Part shown: positions 55,222 through 64,000 of the stretch, piece by piece
Position numbering within the stretch: position 1 is the stretch's first letter
How the letters are laid out: every line of letters starts with the position of its first letter
Origin: Minisyncoccota bacterium
GTDB taxonomy: Bacteria; Patescibacteriota; Minisyncoccia; Phycocordibacterales; UBA9973
Assembly (NCBI GenBank): GCA_041661005.1
Contig: JBAZVG010000001.1
Span: forward strand, 607,515 to 671,514
Reading direction: 5' to 3'
DNA length: 64,000 nt
The notes under the pieces: generated by a model
What the model was told of the DNA's origin: nothing
What the model saw: the letters and a program-made list of their open reading frames with translations, nothing else
Database searches by the model: none
Made by a program: the position numbers and the translations under genes

Positions 55222-57723
55222 ATGCCTAAAGAAGACAATCAGGATTCTAAAACATTAGTTTTGTTGGATTCTCACGCCATAATTCATCGTGCGTATCACG
55301 CCTTACCAGAATTTTTGTCGTCAAAAGGAGAACCCACTGGGGCCTTGTATGGCCTTGCAAGCATGTTGATGAAGATAGTTACTGATTTAAAACCAGACTA
55401 TATCGTGGCTTGTTATGATTTGCCGGAAAAGACTTTTCGTCATTTAGCTTATGATGATTACAAGGCTGGACGAGCGAAAACAGATGACGCTCTGATCTTG
55501 CAGTTGAAAAATTCTCGCCAGATTTTCGAGGCATTTAATATTCCTATTTATGACTGTTCGGGTTTTGAGGCGGATGATGTATTGGGAACGATATGCGAGC
55601 AGATGAAGAAAAATAATGGGACTAAGGTAATCATTGCTTCGGGTGATATGGACACAATGCAGTTAGTAGACGACAAGAGAGTCCAGGTTTATACCCTCAA
55701 AAAGGGAATTAATGAAACAATTTTATATGATGAAGATGCAGTTGTGGCCCGTTTTGGATTTAAGCCTCAACTTTTGCCGGATTACAAAGGATTACGTGGT
55801 GATCCATCAGATAACATTAAAGGTATCAAAGGGATTGGAGAAAAAACAGCAACTACACTGATTACGACTTTTGGCAGTATCGAAGAAATTTACAACAAAA
55901 TAAAAAAAGACGAAGAATCTTTCATTAAAGCTGGCATCACTCCTAGAATGATCGAGTTAATAAAAAATAATGAAGAAGAAGCGCTCTTTTCAAAAACTTT
56001 AGCCAAGATTCGAACTGATGTTCCGATAAATTTTCTTTTGCCCCAGAAAACTTTTTGGGAAAATGTAAATCCAGAAAAAATAGAGAAAACTTTTGCCTTG
56101 TTTGAATTTAGAAGCTTATTTGGACGTTTGAAAAACTTCTTTAGCGGACAGAAGACACACGAGGAGAATGTTCTCGAGCGAACCCTTGGTAGGAGTGACG
56201 ACGACGGACAGAGAAAATTTTCAGCAGGAAATTTTCGTGGTGAGTCCGAGAATATTCTCTCGAGTGAGGATTCTAAAGGTATAGATTCTCTGAAACTTCA
56301 AGAAGCTAGCATTGCTCTTTGGCTTGTAAATTCAGATATCTCAAATCCACAACTCGAAGATGTTTTAATGTTTGCCCGCCTAGACTCGGCGAGGCTGGCC
56401 AGCACAGATTCTTTTGATGTTGCGTATGAGCAAATTTTTAAGACTCTGAAAGAAAAAAAGCTTGATAGAGTTTATGAAGAAATAGAACGTCCAATAATGC
56501 ACATAGTCAAAGAGATGGAAGATTATGGAATTTTGATAGATAAAAAATATTTTGAAAATTTATCAACGGAGTATCATCGAGAATTAGATAAATTAACTGC
56601 CAAAATATACAAGATGGCTGGCACAGAATTCAATATCAATTCACCCAAACAGATGGGGGAAGTTCTTTTTGAGAAAATGGGCATGAAGTCCGGAACAAAA
56701 TTAGCCAAGAAAAATGCGAGTGGCAACTTTTCTACCAAAGTTTCAGTATTAGAAGAACTTGAAGAAGCAAACCCAATAATCAAAGAAATACTTGCTTACC
56801 GAGAATTGCAAAAATTGCTTTCCACTTATATTGATGTAATTCCTAAAATGGTTGGCGCTGATGACAGACTACATGCAATATTTTTGCAAAATGGCAGTAC
56901 CACTGGAAGATTCTCCTCGCAGGATCCAAATTTGCAGAACTTGCCGATAAAAACAGAATTAGGGAAAAAGATTCGAGGTGGTTTTATCGCCCAAAAGGGT
57001 TACAAACTCTGCGCTTTTGATTATAGTCAGATTGAACTGCGTGTAGCTGCCATACTTTCGGGTGATAAAAAAATGACGCAAATATTCAAGGAAGGTAAGG
57101 ATATTCATTCAGGAGTTGCGTCTTTTGTTTTTGGTGTGCCGATAGATAAAGTTGACAGTGAAATGCGACGCAAGGCGAAGGTAATAAATTTCGGAATAAT
57201 TTATGGCATGGGAGTTTCTAGTTTACGCAAGAATCTTGGGGGTACACGAGAAGAGGCGCAAAAATTTTATGATAATTACTTTAATCAATTTTCCGGAGTG
57301 CGAGATTATTTGGAGGAAACGAAGAAGTTTGCGCTAAAAAATTCTTTTACCGAGACTTTGTTTGGCCGACGTAGATATTTTCCGAATATAAATTCCAGAA
57401 TTCCATTTTTAAAAAATATGGCCGAACGGACAGCCACGAACGCGCCAATCCAAGGCACAGCCACGGCGGATATTATCAAGCTTGCTATCAGATATGCAGA
57501 AGAGGATTTAAAAAATGCAGGACTTTTGGCACAAGTTCATCTTGTTCTCCAAATTCATGACGAGCTGGTGTATGAAATAGAGGAAGGTGTTTTAGAAAAA
57601 GCTGATGAAATAATAAAAAATGCCATGAAAAGTGTCTTGGAAAGATCATATTTGCATTATAAAACCGATATTCCACTTGAAGTGCATTCTGGCTCTGGAG
57701 ACAATTTCGGGGAGGTAAAATAG
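55222..57723 (+). CDS. polA: DNA polymerase I
   Basis: 5'-3' exonuclease domain (LLDSHAIIHRAYHA), polymerase motifs A/B/C (DYSQIELR, KxxNFGxxYG, QIHDEL); the annotated ORF starts at 55156 but the internal Met at 55222 is preferred; carries an in-frame family-2 repeat. Confidence 0.9.
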   Translation: MPKEDNQDSKTLVLLDSHAIIHRAYHALPEFLSSKGEPTGALYGLASMLMKIVTDLKPDYIVACYDLPEKTFRHLAYDDYKAGRAKTDDALILQLKNSRQIFEAFNIPIYDCSGFEADDVLGTICEQMKKNNGTKVIIASGDMDTMQLVDDKRVQVYTLKKGINETILYDEDAVVARFGFKPQLLPDYKGLRGDPSDNIKGIKGIGEKTATTLITTFGSIEEIYNKIKKDEESFIKAGITPRMIELIKNNEEEALFSKTLAKIRTDVPINFLLPQKTFWENVNPEKIEKTFALFEFRSLFGRLKNFFSGQKTHEENVLERTLGRSDDDGQRKFSAGNFRGESENILSSEDSKGIDSLKLQEASIALWLVNSDISNPQLEDVLMFARLDSARLASTDSFDVAYEQIFKTLKEKKLDRVYEEIERPIMHIVKEMEDYGILIDKKYFENLSTEYHRELDKLTAKIYKMAGTEFNINSPKQMGEVLFEKMGMKSGTKLAKKNASGNFSTKVSVLEELEEANPIIKEILAYRELQKLLSTYIDVIPKMVGADDRLHAIFLQNGSTTGRFSSQDPNLQNLPIKTELGKKIRGGFIAQKGYKLCAFDYSQIELRVAAILSGDKKMTQIFKEGKDIHSGVASFVFGVPIDKVDSEMRRKAKVINFGIIYGMGVSSLRKNLGGTREEAQKFYDNYFNQFSGVRDYLEETKKFALKNSFTETLFGRRRYFPNINSRIPFLKNMAERTATNAPIQGTATADIIKLAIRYAEEDLKNAGLLAQVHLVLQIHDELVYEIEEGVLEKADEIIKNAMKSVLERSYLHYKTDIPLEVHSGSGDNFGEVK
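56167..56256. repeat. repeat family 2 copy in frame in polA
   Basis: aatgttctcgagcg ... gtccgagaatatt TIRs; encodes ...RSDDDGQRKFSAGNFRGESENIL. Confidence 0.7.
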
Positions 57724-57724
57724 G

Positions 57725-58219
57725 GTGTTTTGTGGTAGAATAAAAAACATGGAAAATATTAATCAACCTAATGCTAGGCAATACCGTGTTCATAAAATTT
57801 TGGCGCATTCGTATACCCTTTATTTAATTTTATTTTTGATTGGTGTTTGCCTTGATATTCTTTTTAAGTTTAGAATTTTTTTAAATCCCTTTTTCATGTC
57901 GACAGGTGTTGTTTTGTTGATACTTGGCAGCTTTTTGATTATTTGGGCACAGAAAACTTCTCGAGATCTGAACATAGAGAATCTAAGCAAAGAGACTTTT
58001 CACAAAGGACCCTATCGTTACACTCGGAGCCCGACGCATTGGGGGCTTTTTATGCTGGTGCTTGGTTTTGGAATTGTGGCGAACGCTCTTTTTGTGATTT
58101 TATCCACTCTTGTTTCTTTTTCTATTTCGAGATCTATATTTTTAAAGAAGCAAGAAGATGTTCTTGCTTTGAAATACGGCGCTCCTTATTTGGAATATAA
58201 AAAATCAGTCAAACTTTAA
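57725..58219 (+). CDS. isoprenylcysteine carboxyl methyltransferase (ICMT)-family membrane methyltransferase
   Basis: GPYRYTRSPTHWG motif, multiple TM helices. Confidence 0.7.
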   Translation: MFCGRIKNMENINQPNARQYRVHKILAHSYTLYLILFLIGVCLDILFKFRIFLNPFFMSTGVVLLILGSFLIIWAQKTSRDLNIENLSKETFHKGPYRYTRSPTHWGLFMLVLGFGIVANALFVILSTLVSFSISRSIFLKKQEDVLALKYGAPYLEYKKSVKL

Positions 58220-58223
58220 TCCC

Positions 58224-58871
58224 ATGATTTATCTTTTTTCAGGAGATGACGCCAAAAGTAAATTTTCCAGTTATGAAAAATTTATAAAATCCATACCGGA
58301 GGGGCAAGACGTTTTGCATATAAGCAGAAATAATTTTGATCAAATGCAAATTGAAAGTTTGTATTCTGGTTCCAGTCTTTTTTTTGCAAAATCTACCGTA
58401 ATATTTTCTAATATTTTTGAAAATGAAGAGACCCGGGATTTTATTTTAGAGAAATTGGCTCTGATGGGCGGGCCTTCGAACTCTTTTGTCTTTTTGGAAG
58501 GAAAGTTGAACAAGCCAATACTGGACGCTTTTAGAAAAGTCCGGGGCGAAATAAACATTTTTGAATTACCGAAAGAAAAAAAAGAGAGATTTGATAATTT
58601 TTTAGTTGCCAACGCTTTTGAAAAAAAAGATAAGCTGAATGTGTGGATTTATTTTCGTATGGCGATGGATAAAGGGGTAGGAATGGAGGAGCTTATCGGC
58701 GTTCTTTTTTGGAAGATTAAAAATATGCTCTTAAAAAGAAATTTTGGCAAATTTTCTGAAACTGAACTTAAAGATTTTATCTCCCGTCTTTCTTATCTTT
58801 TGCCCCAAGCCCGTAAAGATGGGCGTGATGCCGAATCCGTTTTCGAGCAATTTTTGCTGGAAGCTTTTTAG
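58224..58871 (+). CDS. DNA polymerase III delta-subunit-like protein (HolA-like, short)
   Basis: N-terminal IYLFSGDD and overall helical composition; weak. Confidence 0.4.
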   Translation: MIYLFSGDDAKSKFSSYEKFIKSIPEGQDVLHISRNNFDQMQIESLYSGSSLFFAKSTVIFSNIFENEETRDFILEKLALMGGPSNSFVFLEGKLNKPILDAFRKVRGEINIFELPKEKKERFDNFLVANAFEKKDKLNVWIYFRMAMDKGVGMEELIGVLFWKIKNMLLKRNFGKFSETELKDFISRLSYLLPQARKDGRDAESVFEQFLLEAF

Positions 58872-58922
58872 TTATATTTTGTCTTGATTTTTGACCTTAT
58901 TTACTATATATTTTGTATTCAA

Positions 58923-58995
58923 GCGCCCGTAGCTCAGTCGGTAGAGCAGATCCCTTTTAAGGATAAGGTCGTTGGTTCGATCCCAACCGGGCGCA
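58923..58995 (+). tRNA. tRNA-Lys (TTT)
   Basis: GCGCCCG acceptor, D arm GCTC-AGTCGGTA-GAGC, anticodon loop CTTTTAA, T arm GTTGG-TTCGATC-CCAAC; 27:43 G.A mismatch. Confidence 0.8.
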
Positions 58996-59194
58996 CAAGA
59001 TTAGAAAACATTCAAACTGCTTTGAATTTTTCTAACTTGTGCGAGACGGAGACATGTTTTACTAGCAAGTAAAACTGTTGAGTCAGGGTCGTGAAAATTT
59101 TGTTTTGTCGAAAACAAAATTATTCCTGACCACAGGGAAGTTCTCGGTTTTGTTTTATAAGTATGTTTTGTCCTTAACCCCGACAGGAATCGAA

Positions 59195-60916
59195 TTAATA
59201 CACCTCCTGTTGATAACATTTTACACAGTAAACTATTTCTGGTCGCTCGGGTGCATAGGAAGTTTCAAATTCATTGGTACAGCCCTTATTCATACATTTT
59301 CTGTGCCAAAGTTTCCAGGGTAGGGTTTTCTCTAGTCTAACGAAATAGCGACAATTGGGGCAAAGACTTGGAATCGGTAAATTCATACGTTTATAAAATT
59401 TTAACTCATCGGGCATAATACGAAACGCTTTTGTGCATTGATGGGTGCATGAACCCTCATGCTCGCATTGAATAGTTTCTTTTAAAATATCTTCAGTTAC
59501 TTTAGAAATATCGTCTGCAATATCAGTATTTTTAATTGTAAATTTATAATCACGACCGACATCATCAAACCATTGATACCCCTTTTTTAATGTTTTTTCT
59601 TTTGATAATGGAAATTGTTCGTATGCCATTGTTTCATTATATGTAAAAGACGAAAGTTCTATTGGAAAAAATTCTCCAAATTTATATTTACAGCCATTTT
59701 TATCTATGTATGGCATATCTTTCATTTGTTTTTTTATTTTTTCTAATAAGAATTCGTATTCTGCTTTAGTATATTGTTTATTAAAAATGCAATTATCTAT
59801 TGAATCCAAACCAATGCAACCCAAATTATTTTTCACATTATTACAAGAATGACAATAATATGACTGCATGGTGTTCCAAGAACAAGAGACAAAACCAATT
59901 TCATAGTTACCTCTCCCGCTACAGATTGATTCGTACATTCGTTCTCCTCTCCCTGAATCAAGCATATCGTATGAATCGTTTGAAGAATTTACAGAATAAG
60001 TAACATAACGGATATTTTCTGAATTCCAAACATAAAATGATGAAAGACAATTTTTAGAATTTTCTATAAAATTTCCAGTGCAATCTTGTGCATTTATAAG
60101 TGTGGCGAAAGGAACAATAGTATTTGCTATTAATTTGTCGTATTCATTGGTAAGTTTTAATAAAGATGAACGAGATGAAATTTTTTCTTTTTTTATTGCT
60201 TCTTTGTATGCTTCTTTTGAAAGTTGCTCATTTCTAAATACGTAATTACGATTACGCTGGTTTGAAGACATAAAACAGTTTTGGCAATTCACACAATTAA
60301 AAAGAAATTTTGAATCAATACACTGATGGCATTTTGTTAAGTAAGAGCATTCATAATTATCATTTGAATCAACAGCTTCATAGCATAATTCATTGCCTTT
60401 AAAAATAAGCGAATCAAAACAGTTTTTATTATTTTTGTTTACAAAAGTTGAATAGTAAACGTGTTCTGAGGTAGTAACATTGTAAGATAAATATATATCT
60501 GAGCTTGAATATGTATAGTTAGCGTATTCACATTTCTCACCGTTACTGTTTGCCTGCTCAATGCAAAGTTGGGGAACTTTTCTTTTTAATTTTTCAAATT
60601 GGGTAAAAAAATCAACCGAAAAATCATAATCTAACCAGTAATCAAGAGGATTAAAATTATCAGAAAAATAACATTCAAGACACCAAACAGTGTAGGGTGC
60701 ATCTGCTCTATAAATTGAAACAATTTTATTCTTGCAATTATCACATTTTCTATTATATAAACTACGCACGTTAAAAGTTGCCATGCGACGTTGCAATCTA
60801 CACTCCGGACAGAAAGTTGGCGGAGGCATTTTTATCCTTTCATAAAAAGAAAAATCCTCTGGTTCTATGGTGAAATCTTTTTTGCAGTTTTGGCATATTT
60901 TAGTTTCAGATTGCAT
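59195..60916 (-). CDS. cysteine-rich zinc-ribbon protein, paralog of 14356-16041
   Basis: 573 aa; same N- and C-terminal modules and identical C-terminal end RPEIVYCxxCYQQEVY. Confidence 0.6.
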   Translation of the reverse strand: MQSETKICQNCKKDFTIEPEDFSFYERIKMPPPTFCPECRLQRRMATFNVRSLYNRKCDNCKNKIVSIYRADAPYTVWCLECYFSDNFNPLDYWLDYDFSVDFFTQFEKLKRKVPQLCIEQANSNGEKCEYANYTYSSSDIYLSYNVTTSEHVYYSTFVNKNNKNCFDSLIFKGNELCYEAVDSNDNYECSYLTKCHQCIDSKFLFNCVNCQNCFMSSNQRNRNYVFRNEQLSKEAYKEAIKKEKISSRSSLLKLTNEYDKLIANTIVPFATLINAQDCTGNFIENSKNCLSSFYVWNSENIRYVTYSVNSSNDSYDMLDSGRGERMYESICSGRGNYEIGFVSCSWNTMQSYYCHSCNNVKNNLGCIGLDSIDNCIFNKQYTKAEYEFLLEKIKKQMKDMPYIDKNGCKYKFGEFFPIELSSFTYNETMAYEQFPLSKEKTLKKGYQWFDDVGRDYKFTIKNTDIADDISKVTEDILKETIQCEHEGSCTHQCTKAFRIMPDELKFYKRMNLPIPSLCPNCRYFVRLEKTLPWKLWHRKCMNKGCTNEFETSYAPERPEIVYCVKCYQQEVY

Positions 60917-61232
60917 TAATTAATTATACCAATTCTAAGTTTATTAGGCATTTACTTCCTCTTTCTGCATAGCTTTGATAAAAAGCAGTTTATTGTATAA
61001 ACTATCCATATAGGACTTATCGGAGAATATGGTTATAATACTCTCCTGTTCTGGGCACACAAAGTCAAAAAGTGTTAATATATATAATATGCATAGAATA
61101 AATAAAACGTTGGTATATTTTTTAATATTTACGATAATAAGTTCTACGTTGGCTTATCGCATAGTGGTGAAAGCTTATAGTAACACTTTTGATGCTTATT
61201 TAACTGAATAAGCTATTTTGTGGTAAAGTGTT

Positions 61233-63662
61233 TTGATGTCCAATATACGCAAGAGTATTTTTAGATTACAGAAGCCATGGGAGCCAAGTGGTGACCAACC
61301 AGAGGCTATTTCAAAGCTTGTGGAGGGACTTGAGAAGGGGATGAAAAAGCAGACATTACTCGGGGCGACAGGCACGGGCAAGACTTTTACGATGGCAAAT
61401 GTGATAGCGCGATATAATAAACCAACTCTAGTAATAGCGCACAACAAAACTCTAGCAGCGCAACTCGCGCAGGAGTTTAAATTATTTTTTCCAGATTCCG
61501 CGGTGCATTATTTTGTTTCTTATTATGATTATTATCAGCCAGAGGCTTATATGCCTGCCTCAGATACTTACATTGAAAAAGATGCATCTATCAACAAAGA
61601 AATAGACATGCTTCGTCACGCTTCTACTCAAGCGCTACTCACTCGTCCGGATGTCATTATTGTGGCTTCTGTGTCTTGCATTTATGGATTGGGGTCGCCC
61701 GAGGAATATGAAAAGGTAAATCTGAAATTAGAAGTTGGGCAGAAGGCAGACCGAATGTCTCTGATGAAATCTCTCATTGCTATACATTTTGAACGCACAA
61801 ACGCTGATCTTACCCCTGGAACTTTTCGCTCTATTGGTTCACGAGTAGAGTTAATGCCGGTTTCTGAATCGGTAATGTATCAGATTGAAATGTCGGGTGG
61901 AATAATTTCTAAAATAACAAAAGTTGATCCAGTTTCTTCACATATTCTCAAAGAAGAAAAAAATATTTTTGTTTTTCCGGCTAAACATTTTATTACTGAA
62001 GATATAAAAAAGAAAAAAGCGTTAGTAGAAATTAAAAAAGAATTAGCGAGTCAGCTGAAAAAATTTACAAAAGAGGGAAAACTTCTAGAAGCAGAGCGAA
62101 TAAAACGTCGTACAAATTATGATCTCGCAATGATCAAAGAAGTCGGTTATTGTAGTGGAATTGAAAATTATTCTAGACATTTGTCCGGCAAAAGCGAAGG
62201 AGAACCCCCAGAAACTTTGCTTTCTTATTTTCCGCACACAGGAGCCAGTAATTTTCTTTTCCGGGGTGTCTCGCAGGCTGACGAGCCGAGAGGCAGCGCT
62301 CCGGAAGCATCCGGAGACAGCGACCCCGAAAAAGAAGAATTACTGGCTCCTGTTCCGGATTTTTTAACCATCATCGACGAATCGCATGTAACCTTACCTC
62401 AACTTCAAGGTATGTATGCAGGGGATGCTTCACGCAAGAAAACTCTCGTAGATTATGGTTTTCGTCTACCTTCTGCTAAAGACAATAGACCCCTAAAATA
62501 CGAGGAATTTCAGGAACGCATCGGACAGGTGATTTACACGAGCGCGACCCCAAGTGAACAAGAAAGAAGCCAAAGTGAACAAATCGTAGAACAAATAATT
62601 CGTCCGACTGGGCTTGTGGATCCGGAAACGGTAGTGCGTCCAGTATCTGAAGGAAAAATTTTGGGTAATGGCGAGAAATCTTCTTTTTTGGGGTCGCTGT
62701 CTCCGCGCACTCGCGGAGCGCTGCCTCTCGGCTCGTCAGCCTGCGAGACACCCCAAAAAAGAAATTTCTTTCCATACCCAGGACAGATTTCAGACTTTAT
62801 AAGTGAAGCAGAAAAAACTATCAAGAAAGGTTTTCGTGTTTTAGCTACGACGCTGACTAAAAAAATGGCGGAAGATCTAACCACTTATTTAAAAGAACGT
62901 GGATTCAAAGCTGAATACTTACATTCTGATATCAAAACAATGGAACGCATTAAAATACTTACTAGGTTTAGACGTGGAGGAAAAGGGGAACTTGCCCCGT
63001 CCCAAGCCGGAGGCTTTGGTGCGGGGTTTGATGTTTTAGTTGGAGTGAATCTTTTGCGTGAGGGGCTTGATTTGCCGGAAGTTGCGCTGATTGGCATTCT
63101 CGATGCTGACAAAGAAGGATTTCTACGTTCCGATACAGCGCTCATTCAAACTATCGGCCGAGCTGCTCGCAATAGTGAAGGCAAAGTAATTCTTTATGCA
63201 GATGTTTTGACGGGTTCAATGGAGCGGGCTCTGGGGGAGACCGTTCGCCGTCGTAATATTCAGCTTGCCTACAACAAAAAGCATGGCATTACCCCGAAGA
63301 CTATTATGAAAAAGATCAAAGATATTACTGAAGAAATGGAAAGCGAACATGGAAAAACTGTCAATGCAGAATTGGCGCTTGATTTAGAAGTCTTTAAAAA
63401 AGCTTATTCTAAAGAACTTAGTAAAGACCTGCCTCGACTAGGCAAGGCGGGCGAAAACCTTGCCCGCAAAAAAGTAAACTCTGAATTTTGGAATGAAATT
63501 CTATCAGATGAAGAAAGGGGAAATCTCATTTATGAAAAAATAATAAAGATAAAAGAACGCGAGATGAATAAAGCAGTTAAAGAATTGGATTTTGAAACAG
63601 CTGCGATTTTGCGTGATGAAATTGGAGTGCTCAAAGTGCGTTTGGAAAAGAAAGATCAATAA
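61233..63662 (+). CDS. uvrB: excinuclease ABC subunit B
   Basis: Helicase motifs (GATGTGKT), beta-hairpin, C-terminal UvrB/UvrC interaction domain; two in-frame family-3 repeat insertions. Confidence 0.92.
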   Translation: MMSNIRKSIFRLQKPWEPSGDQPEAISKLVEGLEKGMKKQTLLGATGTGKTFTMANVIARYNKPTLVIAHNKTLAAQLAQEFKLFFPDSAVHYFVSYYDYYQPEAYMPASDTYIEKDASINKEIDMLRHASTQALLTRPDVIIVASVSCIYGLGSPEEYEKVNLKLEVGQKADRMSLMKSLIAIHFERTNADLTPGTFRSIGSRVELMPVSESVMYQIEMSGGIISKITKVDPVSSHILKEEKNIFVFPAKHFITEDIKKKKALVEIKKELASQLKKFTKEGKLLEAERIKRRTNYDLAMIKEVGYCSGIENYSRHLSGKSEGEPPETLLSYFPHTGASNFLFRGVSQADEPRGSAPEASGDSDPEKEELLAPVPDFLTIIDESHVTLPQLQGMYAGDASRKKTLVDYGFRLPSAKDNRPLKYEEFQERIGQVIYTSATPSEQERSQSEQIVEQIIRPTGLVDPETVVRPVSEGKILGNGEKSSFLGSLSPRTRGALPLGSSACETPQKRNFFPYPGQISDFISEAEKTIKKGFRVLATTLTKKMAEDLTTYLKERGFKAEYLHSDIKTMERIKILTRFRRGGKGELAPSQAGGFGAGFDVLVGVNLLREGLDLPEVALIGILDADKEGFLRSDTALIQTIGRAARNSEGKVILYADVLTGSMERALGETVRRRNIQLAYNKKHGITPKTIMKKIKDITEEMESEHGKTVNAELALDLEVFKKAYSKELSKDLPRLGKAGENLARKKVNSEFWNEILSDEERGNLIYEKIIKIKEREMNKAVKELDFETAAILRDEIGVLKVRLEKKDQ
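62263..62327. repeat. palindromic repeat family 3 copy in frame in uvrB (encodes GVSQADEPRGSAPEASGDSDP)
   Basis: Inner stem ctccgga/tccggag, compensatory relative to the uvrD copy. Confidence 0.7.
62690..62754. repeat. palindromic repeat family 3 copy, reverse orientation, in frame in uvrB (encodes GSLSPRTRGALPLGSSACETP)
   Basis: Inner stem ctccgcg-cact-cgcggag. Confidence 0.7.
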
Positions 63663-63801
63663 GAAGACTTTTAGAATTATTGTGATATAGTGAATCCAGT
63701 TCAATATTATAAGGAAAGTCATTGACACCCCCTATGAGCATGGCGGGGTGTGGTTGTGTTATATCCCAGTAGTAGAGCAAAGCTCACTACGGGACAAGTG
63801 T

Positions 63802-64000
63802 ATGAGCAAAATAGATAAAAACATAGACAAAATAAGAGTTGTGGGTGCAAGAACACACAACCTTAAAAATATCACAGTTGAAATGCCACGAAACAAGATG
63901 GTGGTTATTACTGGTGTCTCGGGCTCAGGCAAGTCATCGCTCGCTTTTGACACCATTTTTGCTGAAGGCCAGAGACGATATGTGGAATCGCTTTCTTCAT
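63802..64000 (+). CDS. uvrA: excinuclease ABC subunit A, N-terminal 66 aa (cut by window edge)
   Basis: [60 protein letters not shown] (first Walker A). Confidence 0.85.
   Translation, partial: MSKIDKNIDKIRVVGARTHNLKNITVEMPRNKMVVITGVSGSGKSSLAFDTIFAEGQRRYVESLSS

Overview
This is a low-GC (~35%) stretch of bacterial chromosome with compact genes. The gene content (T4SS-like cluster, a diversity-generating retroelement, many tiny repeats, reduced housekeeping genes) suggests a Patescibacteria/CPR-type genome, but that is inference. The window spans the replication-origin neighbourhood (rpmH-rnpA-yidD-yidC-jag, then dnaA-dnaN with DnaA boxes). It also holds DNA repair and recombination genes (uvrD/pcrA, uvrB, uvrA 5' end, ruvC, ruvB, xth, polA, comM, xerC/D), rpsO and pnp, tyrS, cca, ksgA, a tRNA cluster (Gly-GCC, Gly-TCC, Pro-TGG, a non-canonical Arg-TCG, and Lys-TTT), cell-wall enzymes (PBP1A, two M23 peptidases) and a pilB-type ATPase. 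The most striking system is a complete diversity-generating retroelement (DGR) at 7020-9707, sitting with a yafQ/dinJ toxin-antitoxin pair and a NYN-domain gene inside the normally contiguous rpsO-pnp operon. It consists of a DGR-type reverse transcriptase (IGxxxSQ and YxDD motifs), a divergently oriented Avd, a 108-bp template repeat rich in AAC codons, and a 215-aa GC-rich target gene. The target's C-terminal variable repeat differs from the template at 19 positions, every one at a template adenine. The second striking feature is at least five families of 30-120 bp palindromic / terminal-inverted-repeat elements with compensatory stem changes between copies. Most of these are inserted in frame into essential genes (uvrD, uvrB twice, ksgA twice, polA, cca, yraN, the ruvB 3' end, and the rpmH-rnpA spacer). 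A related intergenic family sits behind stop codons. Other notable items are a 13-kb T4SS-like locus (VirB4 split into two ORFs, VirB6/TrbL-like, PrgI-like, pilin-like, Ig-like adhesin, PG-binding proteins), two paralogous ~570-aa cysteine-rich zinc-ribbon proteins, a PaaX-like gene inserted at the pilB 3' end with duplicated flanks, and a small GC-rich island between ruvC and ruvB next to a terminator-ended candidate sRNA.
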